Assembly (NCBI GenBank): GCA_951406725.2
Contig: OX597842.1
Span: 7,502,001-7,566,000 of the forward strand
Length of the DNA stretch: 64,000 bases
Source of the DNA: Octopus vulgaris
Lineage: Eukaryota
Direction: 5' to 3'
This document shows positions 63,531-64,000 of the stretch, piece by piece. The notes beneath the pieces are model-generated. The model did no database searches and was not told the origin of the DNA. It was given only the letters and a program-made list of their open reading frames with translations. Numbering within the stretch: position 1 is the first letter of the stretch; the number at the start of each line of letters is the position of its first letter. A program made the translations under genes and the position numbers.

Positions 63531-64000
63531 TAGCCAGGAGAGGGATTGGCTCCACATGGCTTTCTTGCCCTAGATACCCTGCATGGCTGCAGTGCCCCAA
63601 CGACCCCCAAGGGCTTAACGGACTTGTCAAATGTTGTCTTGTCAATTGTCCTTAGAAAAGGAAAGAAGGAAATGTAAAAATAGACTTGTATGTTACATTA
63701 GAGGATGCAGAGAGGATGATACGGAACCACCAGAGATTGAGAGCACTGGTGGGCCTGGTCTCTATGCACTGTCTCTGGGACCAGTAACCTAAGATGACCC
63801 CCAGCCCCATCAAGCAAGAGCATGAAGCAAGCAAATCTCCAAATACCATAAATCCTCGAGTATAATCCAAATCCCCCAAAAATTTAAAGTTCAAAATCCC
63901 TAGTGCATACTATATATGAGGTTAAAAATGAAGATTATTTTCTAAGCAATGTCCGAGTCTCTATTTGCTGTCCGGCAATGTTTATTCAGATGCATTTTGT

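Noticed and set aside
55074-64000. HID1 first coding exon (expected MG...NFRKAV.QL)
   Set aside because: Not found by eye; probably beyond the window end, though I may have missed it.

Overview
Repeat-rich animal genomic DNA, probably an octopus (inferred from the SINE and microsatellite landscape), with one 100-N assembly gap at 5243-5342. The only host gene found is HID1 on the minus strand. I reconstructed 18 coding exons by hand (55073 down to 18776). All introns are GT-AG and phase-consistent, giving 2574 nt, or 857 aa plus stop. The first coding exon was not found and probably lies beyond position 64000. The rest is tRNA-derived SINEs, RTE and Tx1 LINE remnants, Penelope-like GIY-YIG fragments, non-autonomous Helitrons, piggyBac, mariner and hAT relics, satellites and microsatellites. 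The main hidden signal is about 20 type-I hammerhead-ribozyme motifs from roughly ten sequence families. Most sit in (TA)n tracts and many occur as inverted pairs. They include apparent natural 3-8 base-pair swaps in the core (G3-C8 and U3-A8) and one retrozyme-like repeat. An RTE 3'UTR carrying a variable number of putative pseudoknot units is a second candidate. All RNA structures were folded by eye and none were tested.
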